Origin: a bacterium
GTDB taxonomy: Bacteria; Patescibacteriota; Andersenbacteria; UBA10190
Assembly (NCBI GenBank): GCA_030698495.1
Contig: JAUYKA010000018.1
Coordinates: 1 to 57,310 of the forward strand
Direction of reading: 5' to 3'
DNA: 57,310 nucleotides
The position numbers and the translations under genes were made by a program. Below the pieces are notes generated by a model. The model did no database searches. It saw nothing but the letters and a program-made list of their open reading frames with translations, and had not been told where the DNA came from. Of the stretch, positions 29,445 to 39,338 are shown piece after piece (the first letter of the stretch is position 1; each line of letters begins with the position of its first letter).

Positions 29445-30398
29445 ATGGAGGACGCTCCTTCTTTTATTGAAGTCAGCAAAATATACGCCGAATATTCTGC
29501 GGGCAATCGCAGCCTAAAACGGCTGCTTGGCCGTGCGCCGCAAACTCACTCTGTCCTGCGCGACTTAAGCTTTAAATTATCCATCGGTGATCAAGTTACG
29601 CTGTTTGGCCTGCCCGGCTCCGGTAAAACCACTCTGCTGCGCCTTTTGGCCGGCATTATCCAGCCTTCCTCCGGCAAGCTCACCGTTAACGGCCAGCCGC
29701 CATTGTCATACAAAGATTTAGCCGCCGGTTATGTGTCAATCGAAGAATCCGAACCGGCCGGCGAAACCGTCCACGATATTCTCTACACTTTCGGCCGCAC
29801 TCACGACATCACCAGTCTGCCAGCGCGCTTGGGAGAAGTGGCGGAACAACTCGGTTTATCACCGGCCCTCAATCGTCCCGCTCGCACCCTGGCTACTACT
29901 GAACGTCTTCGGCTGAACCTGGCGCGCGCCGCTCTTTCCGATACCCCCCTATTACTCTTGGATGACACTGCCGACCAATTAGGAACAGACTTTATCCGTG
30001 AAATATTAACCGGCGTATTTGACGGCCGTACCGCCATTGTCGCCACCCGCTTCGCTTCAACCGCCGAACGACTCGACCAGCCTATCTTTATTTTACACCA
30101 AGCTACCCTAGCTCAATCCGGCACACGTGATGAAATGGCCGCTACCGTCGGCTGTCAGCGGGTCTTGGAAGTTTGGATAGAAGGCCTGCGCTATGATCTA
30201 CTGCGCCAGCTAAAAAAGCATGCCGGCGTAACTTCCGTCCGCCTCCTACCCACCACCCAATTTTCCGGACAAAAACTGCGTGTTGTCTTACGCTCCTCCC
30301 GCTACCTGCCATCTTTCTACGACCTAATCAGTCAAGCGCCGCTGGTGCGCGTCGAAGAACTCCCGCCGTCGCTAAACGAAATAATCAGTCGTTTGTAA
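29445..30398 (+). CDS. ABC transporter ATP-binding-like protein with degenerate motifs
   Basis: Walker A GLPGSGKT intact; signature LATTE, Walker B LLLLDD and H-loop ATRF are atypical. Confidence 0.82.
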   Translation: MEDAPSFIEVSKIYAEYSAGNRSLKRLLGRAPQTHSVLRDLSFKLSIGDQVTLFGLPGSGKTTLLRLLAGIIQPSSGKLTVNGQPPLSYKDLAAGYVSIEESEPAGETVHDILYTFGRTHDITSLPARLGEVAEQLGLSPALNRPARTLATTERLRLNLARAALSDTPLLLLDDTADQLGTDFIREILTGVFDGRTAIVATRFASTAERLDQPIFILHQATLAQSGTRDEMAATVGCQRVLEVWIEGLRYDLLRQLKKHAGVTSVRLLPTTQFSGQKLRVVLRSSRYLPSFYDLISQAPLVRVEELPPSLNEIISRL

Positions 30399-30401
30399 CG
30401 G

Positions 30402-30443
30402 CTATATTTACTTAATTTACTGTATTTACTGTCCTCGCTGTTT
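30402..30443. repeat. Degenerate 9-bp tandem array (CTGTATTTA family)
   Basis: ctatattta-cttaattta-ctgtattta-ctgtcctcg-ctgttt between convergent genes. Confidence 0.75.
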
Positions 30444-31370
30444 CTAGTCTCTCAGGTATCTCCGAATAGCAATCATACTACTGATAATCGCCAGGCCAAC
30501 CGCCGCTCCTACTTGCAAGCCGATCACTCGCGCCCAATGAGTAACAGCGTAATCATAGATATTAAACGGACTGGACTGCGCGTCAAAGAAAAAACGTTGT
30601 AAGTGCGGCGCGATGGTATTCAACACTGGATACAAAATAGCCGTGGAAATAATTACCGCGAACAGACTCACAATCACCGATTCAATAATAAACGGGCCCT
30701 GAATAAACCAACGCGATGCCCCCACCAGGCGCATAATGTCGATCTCCTCGCGGAAACTGTAAATAGCCAGCCGCACCGTGTTAAACATAATCAACACCGC
30801 CAGCAAAGCGAATACGATAGTAATAACTGTCCCGACATTTTTCACCGAGGCAATCAACGCGATTAATCGGTCGATAACCGTACTGGAACCCTCGTAGTTA
30901 ACACTATCGATAAAAGGCGTGTATTTATCCGACTCCAATTGTTTCGCAATGTTTTCGTAAAATCTGGGCTCCGTCGCCAGAATAAAAATACTGGCCGGTA
31001 ACGGATTGTTCTCCAGCTCTCCCAAAGACTCCTCGATTAACGGATCGTCCGTGTGCCGACTCTTAAAACTTTCCAGTGCCTGATCACTGGTAATAACCGT
31101 TACTTTTTCCACGTCCTGTCGCGTTTCCAGCTCATTGGCCACCGCTTGAATATACTGTTCCTGAACATCCTCCTTAAACGTCACCGATAAATCCACTTTT
31201 TCCTGAATGCTATGTAAAACCTGTCCGCCGAAAATATTAGCAAAATACAAAAAAGATATCATCAGCAAAGTTATCACCATAATCGCCGCCGTCGCTACCG
31301 ACAGCCAAATATTGCGCCAGAAGTTCTGGAGTGCCGCTTTAAATATTCTTGCCAACGAAATCCCTACCAT
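30444..31370 (-). CDS. ftsX: Cell division permease FtsX
   Basis: NFWRN.WLS, NPLPAS, NTVRLAI..REEI.IMRLVGAS.WFI.GPF. Confidence 0.94.
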   Translation of the reverse strand: MVGISLARIFKAALQNFWRNIWLSVATAAIMVITLLMISFLYFANIFGGQVLHSIQEKVDLSVTFKEDVQEQYIQAVANELETRQDVEKVTVITSDQALESFKSRHTDDPLIEESLGELENNPLPASIFILATEPRFYENIAKQLESDKYTPFIDSVNYEGSSTVIDRLIALIASVKNVGTVITIVFALLAVLIMFNTVRLAIYSFREEIDIMRLVGASRWFIQGPFIIESVIVSLFAVIISTAILYPVLNTIAPHLQRFFFDAQSSPFNIYDYAVTHWARVIGLQVGAAVGLAIISSMIAIRRYLRD

Positions 31371-31403
31371 AAAGTTTGGAAATTGGAAATTGAAGATTGA
31401 AAA

Positions 31404-32084
31404 TTACAACTTATATGTTCCCCCCTGCTGATCAGACACAACCTTGCCGCCGTTCAGCGTCACCACTCTTTTCTTGAGGGCATTCACAATATCGTCATTA
31501 TGTGTAGCGAGCAGCACTGTAGTTCCCAGCTTATTAATCTTAATTAAAAGCTGCACAATATCCCAAGAGTGCAATGCGTCCAAATTACCCGTCGGCTCAT
31601 CCGCCAACAAAATCTGCGGTTTATACGCCAGCGCCCGGGCAATCGCCACCCTTTGCTTTTCGCCACCCGATAGTTTAGTGGGATACTCGTCCGCCTTGTT
31701 GACTAAATTCACTAATTTTAAAATGTGCGGCACGGTATTTTTAATCTCCTTTGGTATCGCCCCGCCTACCTCCATGGCGAACGCCACGTTTTCGAACACG
31801 GTGCGCTTAGGTAACAATTTAAAATCCTGAAATACCACCCCGATTTGCCGGCGTAAATGCGGTACCTGCCATTTCTTTATCCGCGTGATATCCCAGCCGT
31901 CAATCACCACGTTGCCGGCCGTCGGTCTCTCCTCCGCCGACAATATCTTAAGCAGAGTAGACTTGCCCGCCCCGCTTTGCCCTACCACCGAGACAAAATC
32001 TCCCGTCGGTATATTAAGCGTCACATCATCCAAAGCGGCGCTGTTCGGGGTGTATGACTTGGAAACTTTCGTGAAGGTAATCAT
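31404..32084 (-). CDS. ftsE: Cell division ATP-binding protein FtsE
   Basis: GQSGAGKST, LRRQIGVVFQDFKLL, LSGGEKQR and ADEPTGNLD; adjacent to ftsX. Confidence 0.95.
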   Translation of the reverse strand: MITFTKVSKSYTPNSAALDDVTLNIPTGDFVSVVGQSGAGKSTLLKILSAEERPTAGNVVIDGWDITRIKKWQVPHLRRQIGVVFQDFKLLPKRTVFENVAFAMEVGGAIPKEIKNTVPHILKLVNLVNKADEYPTKLSGGEKQRVAIARALAYKPQILLADEPTGNLDALHSWDIVQLLIKINKLGTTVLLATHNDDIVNALKKRVVTLNGGKVVSDQQGGTYKL

Positions 32085-32092
32085 CGTACCAT

Positions 32093-33194
32093 TTATTGTG
32101 CACTAAAAGGCGTATCAATAAAAGCGGACAAATTTCCATCCAGAACCGCCTCCACATTTTTGTCTTCAATCTTACTCCGGTGGTCTTTTACCAGCTTGTA
32201 CGGATGCAAGACATACGACCGTATTTGATTGCCCCAAGCCGCTTCTTTCACCTTTCCCTTTAATTGGCTGATTTCCTCGGCACGCTGTTCTTCCATTAAC
32301 ACCTGCAATTTAGCTTTCAATACGCTCATCGCCTGCATCTTATTTTGCGCTTGCGAGCGTTCATTCTGGCACTCCACTACCAGACCGGTCGGCAAATGCC
32401 GCACCCGTACCGCTGAACTGGTTTTATTCACATGTTGTCCCCCGGCGCCGCTGGCGCGAAAGGTATCGATCCCCAAATCCTTTGGATCAATTTCGGGCAA
32501 TTCCTTCTCCGGCAATTTCGGCAGTACTTCCACCCGCGCGAACGAAGTCTGCCGCAAGTTGTCGGCGTTAAACGGAGATAATCTCACTAGTCGATGCACG
32601 CCGTTTTCTTCCTTCAAGATTCCGTAAGCGTATCTTCCTTTTATTTCAAACGTCGTGTGCTTAATACCCGCCTCCTCCCCCGCCGACCGGTTCAACATTT
32701 TTGTCGGCCAGCCTTGTATATCCGCAAAGCGCAGATACATTCGCTCCAACATTTCCGCCCAATCCTGCGCGTCCGTGCCGCCCGCCCCGGACTGAATAGT
32801 CATAATTACCTCCGCCTTATCATGCGGCCCGTCAAAGCGAAGCTCGCGCTCTTTCTTTATAATTTCTTCCTCAATCGCGGCCACTTCCTCCTGCAGCAGC
32901 TGAACCATCTCGTCCCCGTCTTGTTTTTCAAGCAGCTCCTGTGACTGCCACTGCGGATCGGCCAACTCACCCAAACGCTGCTCAATATTTTTAAACCAGG
33001 CAACTTCGGCGGATAAATCGGCATATTCCTTGCGCTTATCCTGTAATTCGGGCGTCCAAGTCGATACCTTGGCAAACTGATCTTCTAGATTCTTGATTCT
33101 TAATTCTAGATTCCCGTAGTCAAAGACGGTCGGCCACTGTTTGCAGCCGCTTCTTAAGTCCCGCTATTTTCTTGGTTAAAGCCTCATCATTCAT
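32093..33194 (-). CDS. prfB: Peptide chain release factor 2 with programmed +1 frameshift
   Basis: ATG at 33194, 24 codons to CTT TGA C (33125-33119), then +1 frame continues into the tracked ORF with SPF and GGQ motifs. Confidence 0.95.
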
Positions 33195-33432
33195 AACTGC
33201 AGTGTATATATACTTCGAAAAAATAAAAACGGCAATTGTCGATTATCAATAATTACCATCAACACAGTTTCTGATTAGCTAATGTTAAGACATAACATTG
33301 CATTGTAAAATTAGCCGAGTCTTTGTTGCCGCCAAATATTCCGCACAATCAATTTGCTCACATTACCACATATCGATATGTGGTAATGTGAGGCCGGTCT
33401 TGATTCTTAATTCTGTATTCTTAATTCTACAA

Positions 33433-33506
33433 TGGAGCCGAAGACGGGAATCGAACCCATATCTCTGCTTTACGAAAGCATTGCTCTGCCATTGAGCTAC
33501 ATCGGC
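33433..33506 (-). tRNA. tRNA-Thr(CGT)
   Basis: GCCGATG/CTTCGGC; anticodon loop TTCGTAA; GGTTCGATTCC; encoded CCA. Confidence 0.93.
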
Positions 33507-33523
33507 GTTTCTCTACATCTAAC

Positions 33524-33811
33524 CTAAGCCAAAACACCTTCTTTTGCCAATAGCTTCCGCTTCATTCCCTTTCCCCGGTTATACCCGCCAATCTTCCCGT
33601 CCGACCCTACCACCCGATGACACGGTACTGCCGGATCGTAATTTTTATGCAAAATATTACCCACCGCCCGCCATGCCCGCGGCCGCCCGGCCGCAGCTGC
33701 TACCTCCCTATAAGTCATCACATGTCCTACAGGAATACCTGACACTACGGACAACACTGAATATGTAAATTCTCCCTTACTACTTACTACTTGCTGCTTA
33801 CTACTCGTCAT
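33524..33811 (-). CDS. O6-methylguanine-DNA methyltransferase (C-terminal domain only)
   Basis: IPVG..TY..VA...GRPRA.RAVG; active-site PCHRV; GGY. Confidence 0.9.
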   Translation of the reverse strand: MTSSKQQVVSSKGEFTYSVLSVVSGIPVGHVMTYREVAAAAGRPRAWRAVGNILHKNYDPAVPCHRVVGSDGKIGGYNRGKGMKRKLLAKEGVLA

Positions 33812-35046
33812 TGTTGCGGCACTTCCGCCAAAGTTACCGTCACTGTTTTCTCCTGTCCTTGATGCAGAACTTTCAAAGTCAGCGTATCACCCACATTTTT
33901 ACTGCTGACCATCGAAGACAAACTGGTATTTTCATCCAGCTTCTGTCCGCCCACTTCCAGGATGATGTCGTTTTCCTGCAGACCCGCTTTATCCGCCGGT
34001 GAACCCGGTACCACTGCTAACTGACTGGAATCACTGCCGCGTGCAATTAGTACGCCGTAATCAACTGACAGCTTATTTTGATCTTTCAAGGCCGGTGTTA
34101 TCTGAACGTATCGAATCCCCAAAAAAGGCCTGATAATACGCCCCGTCTTAGCCACTGTTTCGGCAATGCCTTTTACCAGATTGGAAGGCAGAGCGAATCC
34201 TATATTCTGCCCGCTTTGCGCAATCGCTACGTTAACGCCCACTACTTTACCGGACAGATTCAATAGTGGTCCTCCGGAATTACCGGGATTAATCGCCGCG
34301 TCTGTTTGAATAACATTACTTAAGTGTTCCGCCTGTCCCTGGCCGTCTCCGGCCGTAATTGACCGGGACACTCCGGATAACACTCCTACCGACACCGTAT
34401 TGCGGAACTCTCCCAAAGCGTTGCCGATAGCAATCAAAGTTTGTCCCACCTGTAATTGATCGGAATCATCAAATTGCAAAAAAGGCATATTATTCGCGTC
34501 AATCTTCAATACCGCTATGTCATTGGAAGGGTCGCGAGCTATCACCGTAGCATCGTATGTTTTGCCGTCATTGGTCAATACCGAATATTGCGCGTCGGTC
34601 TGATCCACTACGTGCTTGTTGGTAATAATCATACCGTCAGCTGATACCAAAAAACCCGACCCGCCGCCGACTTCCTGCTTTTGTGTTCCGTTCTGACGCA
34701 GTTGCGGCACGTTAAAATTGAAGAAAGGGTTGCCGAAGAAATTATTAAACGGCTGGCTGGGGTAATACTGCTCTAACACCGGCACGTCCTTCGTAATAAC
34801 CACCGAAACCACTGCCGGCGACGTTTCTTTCACCACATTCACCACCGAATCGGGCTGTCCGGATGATGCGGCACTCCCCGTGCTTTCCGCAGCCGGCACC
34901 GCCGTACTATTCCCCAAGGCGTTAATTGTTGTCTTAAAATTTAATCCCCCCGGTAAAGTTGTGGCCAGTACCAGCATTGCCCCTAAAAGCCCCGCTACAA
35001 AGCCGACTACGATTGTACCGCCGAATTTACCCAAAAATTTTTCCAT
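33808..35046 (-). CDS. HtrA/DegP-like serine protease with PDZ
   Basis: GSGF, TNKHV, DIAVL, QTDAAINPGNSGGP and PDZ; start moved to MEKFL. Confidence 0.95.
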   Translation of the reverse strand: MEKFLGKFGGTIVVGFVAGLLGAMLVLATTLPGGLNFKTTINALGNSTAVPAAESTGSAASSGQPDSVVNVVKETSPAVVSVVITKDVPVLEQYYPSQPFNNFFGNPFFNFNVPQLRQNGTQKQEVGGGSGFLVSADGMIITNKHVVDQTDAQYSVLTNDGKTYDATVIARDPSNDIAVLKIDANNMPFLQFDDSDQLQVGQTLIAIGNALGEFRNTVSVGVLSGVSRSITAGDGQGQAEHLSNVIQTDAAINPGNSGGPLLNLSGKVVGVNVAIAQSGQNIGFALPSNLVKGIAETVAKTGRIIRPFLGIRYVQITPALKDQNKLSVDYGVLIARGSDSSQLAVVPGSPADKAGLQENDIILEVGGQKLDENTSLSSMVSSKNVGDTLTLKVLHQGQEKTVTVTLAEVPQQ

Positions 35047-35304
35047 ATTTTTTGCTTCATAAAAAATACTAAAAACCCGCCATCTAATATATGCCACTTA
35101 TCGGGGTTTTAGCCAAGCCTTCGTTCGAAGCCCGATCACCCATGTCCACACCGGGTGTGGACATGGGTGACATTTTTAAAAATAAATACACCTTACATAT
35201 ACCAAAATAATTATGATTTTCAAGATAAAAATGAGCCCGCCTATTTTGCCGTAGCAAAAATATTGGCGGGCCCAAAAGAACCCAATTCGGTCAGTCCCTC
35301 AAGA

Positions 35305-35499
35305 CTAAGGGGTGATCCCGGGGCCAAAGATTCTTGGCAGAACCCTGGCCACAATCATGCCTCCCAAAACGGAAATTGCCGCCAGGGCAACCCATTTGTG
35401 AACGCACGTGATCACCTCCAGATTCATCCCCAACTGTCCTTGCACCACGGCGACGGCGGCAAGAACGAGAATGATCAGAAGAGCATACTTAGTCATGTA
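35305..35499 (-). CDS. Small two-TM protein (64 aa)
   Basis: AAGGAGG SD before MTKYALL; two hydrophobic segments. Confidence 0.6.
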   Translation of the reverse strand, partial: YMTKYALLIILVLAAVAVVQGQLGMNLEVITCVHKWVALAAISVLGGMIVARVLPRIFGPGITP

Positions 35500-35536
35500 T
35501 GCCTCCTTCGATCTGGGGACTGACACCATGCCCGCT

Positions 35537-35785
35537 TCAATCCCCCGGGCACGCTAGGGGTTCGACGTCTTCTTGGAGCTGACGATCGTACTCGGCCAAC
35601 AACTGACCAAGCGTCATCTCCTCCATCTCTTCCCAGGAAACGCCAACTGCTTCCAGCATACACATTGCTGTCAGCACCTCGGCTGCTTCCTCTGGGAACT
35701 CGTCGCGGTCGTGCAGTGAATCGAGCAAGTCCTCCTGCTCCTGCAAGGCCGCCAGAATGTCGCCTTCCCTGACTACTCGAACCAT
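35537..35785 (-). CDS. Small acidic hypothetical protein
   Basis: GGAGG SD; 82 aa, strongly Asp/Glu-rich. Confidence 0.65.
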   Translation of the reverse strand: MVRVVREGDILAALQEQEDLLDSLHDRDEFPEEAAEVLTAMCMLEAVGVSWEEMEEMTLGQLLAEYDRQLQEDVEPLACPGD

Positions 35786-35959
35786 CTAAATCCCTCCATG
35801 AAAAGAACTTGTTACACCACCCTTCTATACAGCGGGATGAAGGCAGTATAACGTTACCCATCTCTCGCGACCAGATAGATGACTACCTGCATCGCGAGGG
35901 ATGGGTAGCCCTGCGTATTGACTGTCTACTGATATCCGGCCCCATCACCGAACTTATAA

Positions 35960-35988
35960 TCCTAGCATAAACTTATAAAAATGTCAAT
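35960..35988 (-). promoter_or_regulatory. Sigma70-type promoter
   Basis: TTGACA-17 nt-TAGGAT with TG extension. Confidence 0.6.
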
Positions 35989-36166
35989 AGTAACAAAAAA
36001 ATAAAAGTCACCACCCCCGCATATTGCGGGGTGGTATTACGGGCAACGAGTAACAACACAACAATATAGCCATCACTTCGCGATATCTGGCGCAGCCGGA
36101 TAATTTAACAATTCGATATTAACAAACCCTGGTCACTGCTCGCTAAATACATGATACTGATAATCA

Positions 36167-37150
36167 ATGCCAATTATAAAAACCGTGAACTTAACCAAGG
36201 AATACAAAGTCCACGAAAAGGACCCAGGCTTTATTGCTTCCGTGAAAAGCTTGTTTTCCCGCAAGTATAAAATTGTCGAAGCCGTCAAAGCCATCAACAT
36301 TAGCATCGACGAAGGGGAACTGGTCGGTTTCATCGGCCCCAACGGTGCCGGCAAAACCACCACGCTTAAAATGCTATCAGGGCTGCTCTACCCCACGAAC
36401 GGTACTGCCCAAGTCATGGGCTTCACCCCCTGGCAGCGCCGCAAAGATTTTTTGAAACAATTTTCTTTGGTGATGGGTCAAAAAGCGCAACTTTGGTGGG
36501 ACTTACCCTTATATGATTCACTACTGCTCCAGCGTGACATCTACGAGATGACTAAACCCGATTTTCAAAACAGCCTGGAAGAACTGGTGGAAATGCTTGA
36601 GTTACAAAAATTTTTAAAAACACAAGTCAGAAAGCTTTCCCTTGGCCAGCGTATGCGCGGCGAATTGGCCGCCGCCTTCATTTACCGCCCGCGTGTTCTC
36701 TTTCTGGATGAGCCGACCATCGGTTTGGATATTGTCGTCCAGAAAAAAGTCCGCGAGTTTATCAAAGGCTATCAACAACGCTACGGCGCCACCATTATTC
36801 TAACCAGCCATTATTTGGATGACGTCAGTGAATTATGTGATCGCTTGATTATCATTGACCATGGCCAAAAAGCATTTGATGGTTCCACTACTGAACTAAT
36901 CAGTACGCACATCGACCACAAACGCATTGTGTTGTCTTTTAATAAACCGGTCCAAAAAACCGATTTATCCACCTACGGCAAAGTTATCCACTATCAGCCG
37001 TACAAAGCAACTATTCAAGTTGAGCGCAATCAAACTACCGGGCAGGCTGCCGCCATGTTAACCACATTACCCGTCAGCGATGTCTCTATTGAAGAACCGT
37101 CATTGGAAGACGTTGCCCGCGAACTCTTCACCGGCCATGATTATTCGTAA
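36167..37150 (+). CDS. ABC transporter ATP-binding protein
   Basis: GPNGAGKT, LSLGQRMR, FLDEPTIGLD and LTSH. Confidence 0.95.
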   Translation: MPIIKTVNLTKEYKVHEKDPGFIASVKSLFSRKYKIVEAVKAINISIDEGELVGFIGPNGAGKTTTLKMLSGLLYPTNGTAQVMGFTPWQRRKDFLKQFSLVMGQKAQLWWDLPLYDSLLLQRDIYEMTKPDFQNSLEELVEMLELQKFLKTQVRKLSLGQRMRGELAAAFIYRPRVLFLDEPTIGLDIVVQKKVREFIKGYQQRYGATIILTSHYLDDVSELCDRLIIIDHGQKAFDGSTTELISTHIDHKRIVLSFNKPVQKTDLSTYGKVIHYQPYKATIQVERNQTTGQAAAMLTTLPVSDVSIEEPSLEDVARELFTGHDYS

Positions 37151-37934
37151 GCTTTGGCGGGTACTGGCCCTAGACTTCAGTCGTACGTTGCAATATCGTA
37201 CCGACGCTCTGCTTTGGATGCTAGCCGAAGCCGCCATTCCGCTTGTCGCCATGTTTATTTGGCTGGCCGTATCTGCAGGGTCGAATAAAGGACCGACCGG
37301 TCAGGAAATATTGTCATATTACGTGGTGGTTATTTTTGTTAAATTGCTAACCGATGCCTGGAACGGCGCCTTTATGGCGCAGGATATTTTACAAGGCGAA
37401 ATCGTCCAGGATTTGGTTAGACCTATTCCGGTAGTGTTTAAATACATTGCCAACAACCTGACTGAAAAAGTGATAAAACTTATACTGCCCATAGCCGCTA
37501 TTATCTTTATTGCTTTATTAAAACCGGATTTTTTTTCCAACGCGCTTTTACTGCCACATCGTTGGTTGTTGTTTGTGATTAGCCTGGCCTTAGCCATGAC
37601 TCTACAGTTCCTGATAGATATGGTTATCGGCACGCTGGCGTTCTGGTTGGAAGATGTTAATCAGTTACGACAATATAAAGAAATGCTAAGCTCTGCCGCC
37701 TCCGGATTGTTAATCCCCTTGGCTTTTCTCCCCTCGGTGTTTGTTACCGGGCTTAACTGGCTCCCCTTTCGCTATGTCATCTCCGCACCGGCGGAAATTT
37801 TGACTGGAAACTATGTTAGCTTAACCGCACCTAGTCTTATCACCATTCAAGCCGCTTGGGTATTTGCCTTAGTTCTTATTATTCGCTGGCAGTGGCGCGC
37901 CGGCTTACGCCGCTATGCTATCCCCGGTCAGTAA
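37137..37934 (+). CDS. ABC-2 family permease
   Basis: Multi-TM; LQYR, G.I...LVRP and LPFRY; overlaps the ATPase stop. Confidence 0.88.
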   Translation: MIIRKLWRVLALDFSRTLQYRTDALLWMLAEAAIPLVAMFIWLAVSAGSNKGPTGQEILSYYVVVIFVKLLTDAWNGAFMAQDILQGEIVQDLVRPIPVVFKYIANNLTEKVIKLILPIAAIIFIALLKPDFFSNALLLPHRWLLFVISLALAMTLQFLIDMVIGTLAFWLEDVNQLRQYKEMLSSAASGLLIPLAFLPSVFVTGLNWLPFRYVISAPAEILTGNYVSLTAPSLITIQAAWVFALVLIIRWQWRAGLRRYAIPGQ

Positions 37935-38724
37935 TCTCAAACATTGGACACGAGTCTGGCTCTCCGGCACCAGAGCCAGTCTTGTTCGCGAAATGGAATT
38001 TCGTGGTAACTTTATTGCCGGCCTTATTCGTCAATTGATATGGGTATCTATCTTTGTGCTAATGGTAGAAGTTATGTTCAGCAACACCAACCAATTGGCC
38101 GGCTGGGATCACGCGGAAGTACTGCTGTTACTGGCTCTGTCCCGCATTATCGAAGGATTAATGAACGCGCTTTTTATCAACAACCTCATGCACCTGCCGG
38201 AAATAGTGCAGCAGGGAAAATTTGATTTTCATCTCGTCAAACCTCTGCCTGTTCAATTCTATACTTCTTTACGCAGCGCTAATATTAATCAAACGGCCAA
38301 CATTGTCGCCGGAGTTTTCCTGCTATTTTATGCCTCTACCGCGGCGCATATTTCGCTATTCACTGTCAGCTGGTTATGGCTTGGATTCTTGGCAATTGCC
38401 GGCATGATCATTTACTACAGTCTGCTGATAATAGCCGCCTCGCTTGTTTTCGTTCTTGAGCGACTGGAGTTTTTATGGGGATTCAACATGATAATCTCCG
38501 AACCACTGACCGTCCCCTTTGATATTTTTCCTAGCGGTGCTCGCGTATCTCTTACCTATCTTCTGCCCCTGGCTTTTATTGTCTACGTTCCGGCTCAAGC
38601 CGTCACCGGACGCTTAACCGGCCAAACAATTATCCTGGCCTTTTTTATCGCCGCTATCACCTTAACCCTTGCCAACCTGGCGTGGCGCGCCGGCCTGCGC
38701 CGTTACTCCAGCGCCAGCTCGTAA
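37915..38724 (+). CDS. ABC-2 family permease
   Basis: EFRGNF, GW, GKFDFHLVKP and GLRRYSSASS. Confidence 0.88.
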   Translation: MLSPVSNLKHWTRVWLSGTRASLVREMEFRGNFIAGLIRQLIWVSIFVLMVEVMFSNTNQLAGWDHAEVLLLLALSRIIEGLMNALFINNLMHLPEIVQQGKFDFHLVKPLPVQFYTSLRSANINQTANIVAGVFLLFYASTAAHISLFTVSWLWLGFLAIAGMIIYYSLLIIAASLVFVLERLEFLWGFNMIISEPLTVPFDIFPSGARVSLTYLLPLAFIVYVPAQAVTGRLTGQTIILAFFIAAITLTLANLAWRAGLRRYSSASS

Positions 38725-38784
38725 ATACACCGCGTTCTAAACCTTAGGTTTAGAACGACCTTAATACGGCTTGTAGCGGCAAAA

Positions 38785-38815
38785 TAAACGGCTCAAGCGA
38801 CGCTTGAGCCGTTTA
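38785..38815. terminator. Stem-loop between convergent genes
   Basis: aaacggctcaagcg-a-cgcttgagccgttt. Confidence 0.65.
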
Positions 38816-38822
38816 ACCTCTT

Positions 38823-39299
38823 TTAATTCAACGCCCAAATGGCGTAATTTAGATAACTGGCAAAACTAACCCAAAGCAAATAAGGCAACAACAAATACGC
38901 CGCCGGTTTGGAAATCCTATAAAACAACACAATCGTCCATACAATCGCCAACCACATCGCCGCGATTTCCAGCAGTGCCAATCCGGGATTTTGCATGCCA
39001 AAGAAAATAATCGACCAGACAGAATTCAACACCAACTGAACCGCAAACACCCCTACTGCTTTTTTCACATCGCTTCTCTGCCAGCCTCTCTGCCACACCA
39101 ACCAAACTGCGATACCCATCAGCAAATACAACGTCGTCCATACCGGACCAAAAATCCAATTAGGCGGCGCCAGCACCGGCCTGATCAAAGTGGCATACCA
39201 ATTAGGTATCGCCGAGGTGGTAAAAAAAGCCCCCAAAATCCCCGCGCCTTCGCAAATAATTACCGCAACAACCAACCCAATCCATTTATTCACTAACAT
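38823..39299 (-). CDS. tspO: TspO/MBR tryptophan-rich sensory protein
   Basis: WY..L..P...PPNWIFGPVWTTLYLLMG; LN..WS.IFF; PYLLWVSFA. Confidence 0.95.
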   Translation of the reverse strand: MLVNKWIGLVVAVIICEGAGILGAFFTTSAIPNWYATLIRPVLAPPNWIFGPVWTTLYLLMGIAVWLVWQRGWQRSDVKKAVGVFAVQLVLNSVWSIIFFGMQNPGLALLEIAAMWLAIVWTIVLFYRISKPAAYLLLPYLLWVSFASYLNYAIWALN

Positions 39300-39338
39300 A
39301 CAAACATTTTAACACGATATAGACAATACGGATACAAC

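Noticed and set aside
32857-33075. Separate ORF or prfB pseudogene
   Set aside because: The missing prfB N-terminus is explained by the canonical CTT TGA C frameshift.
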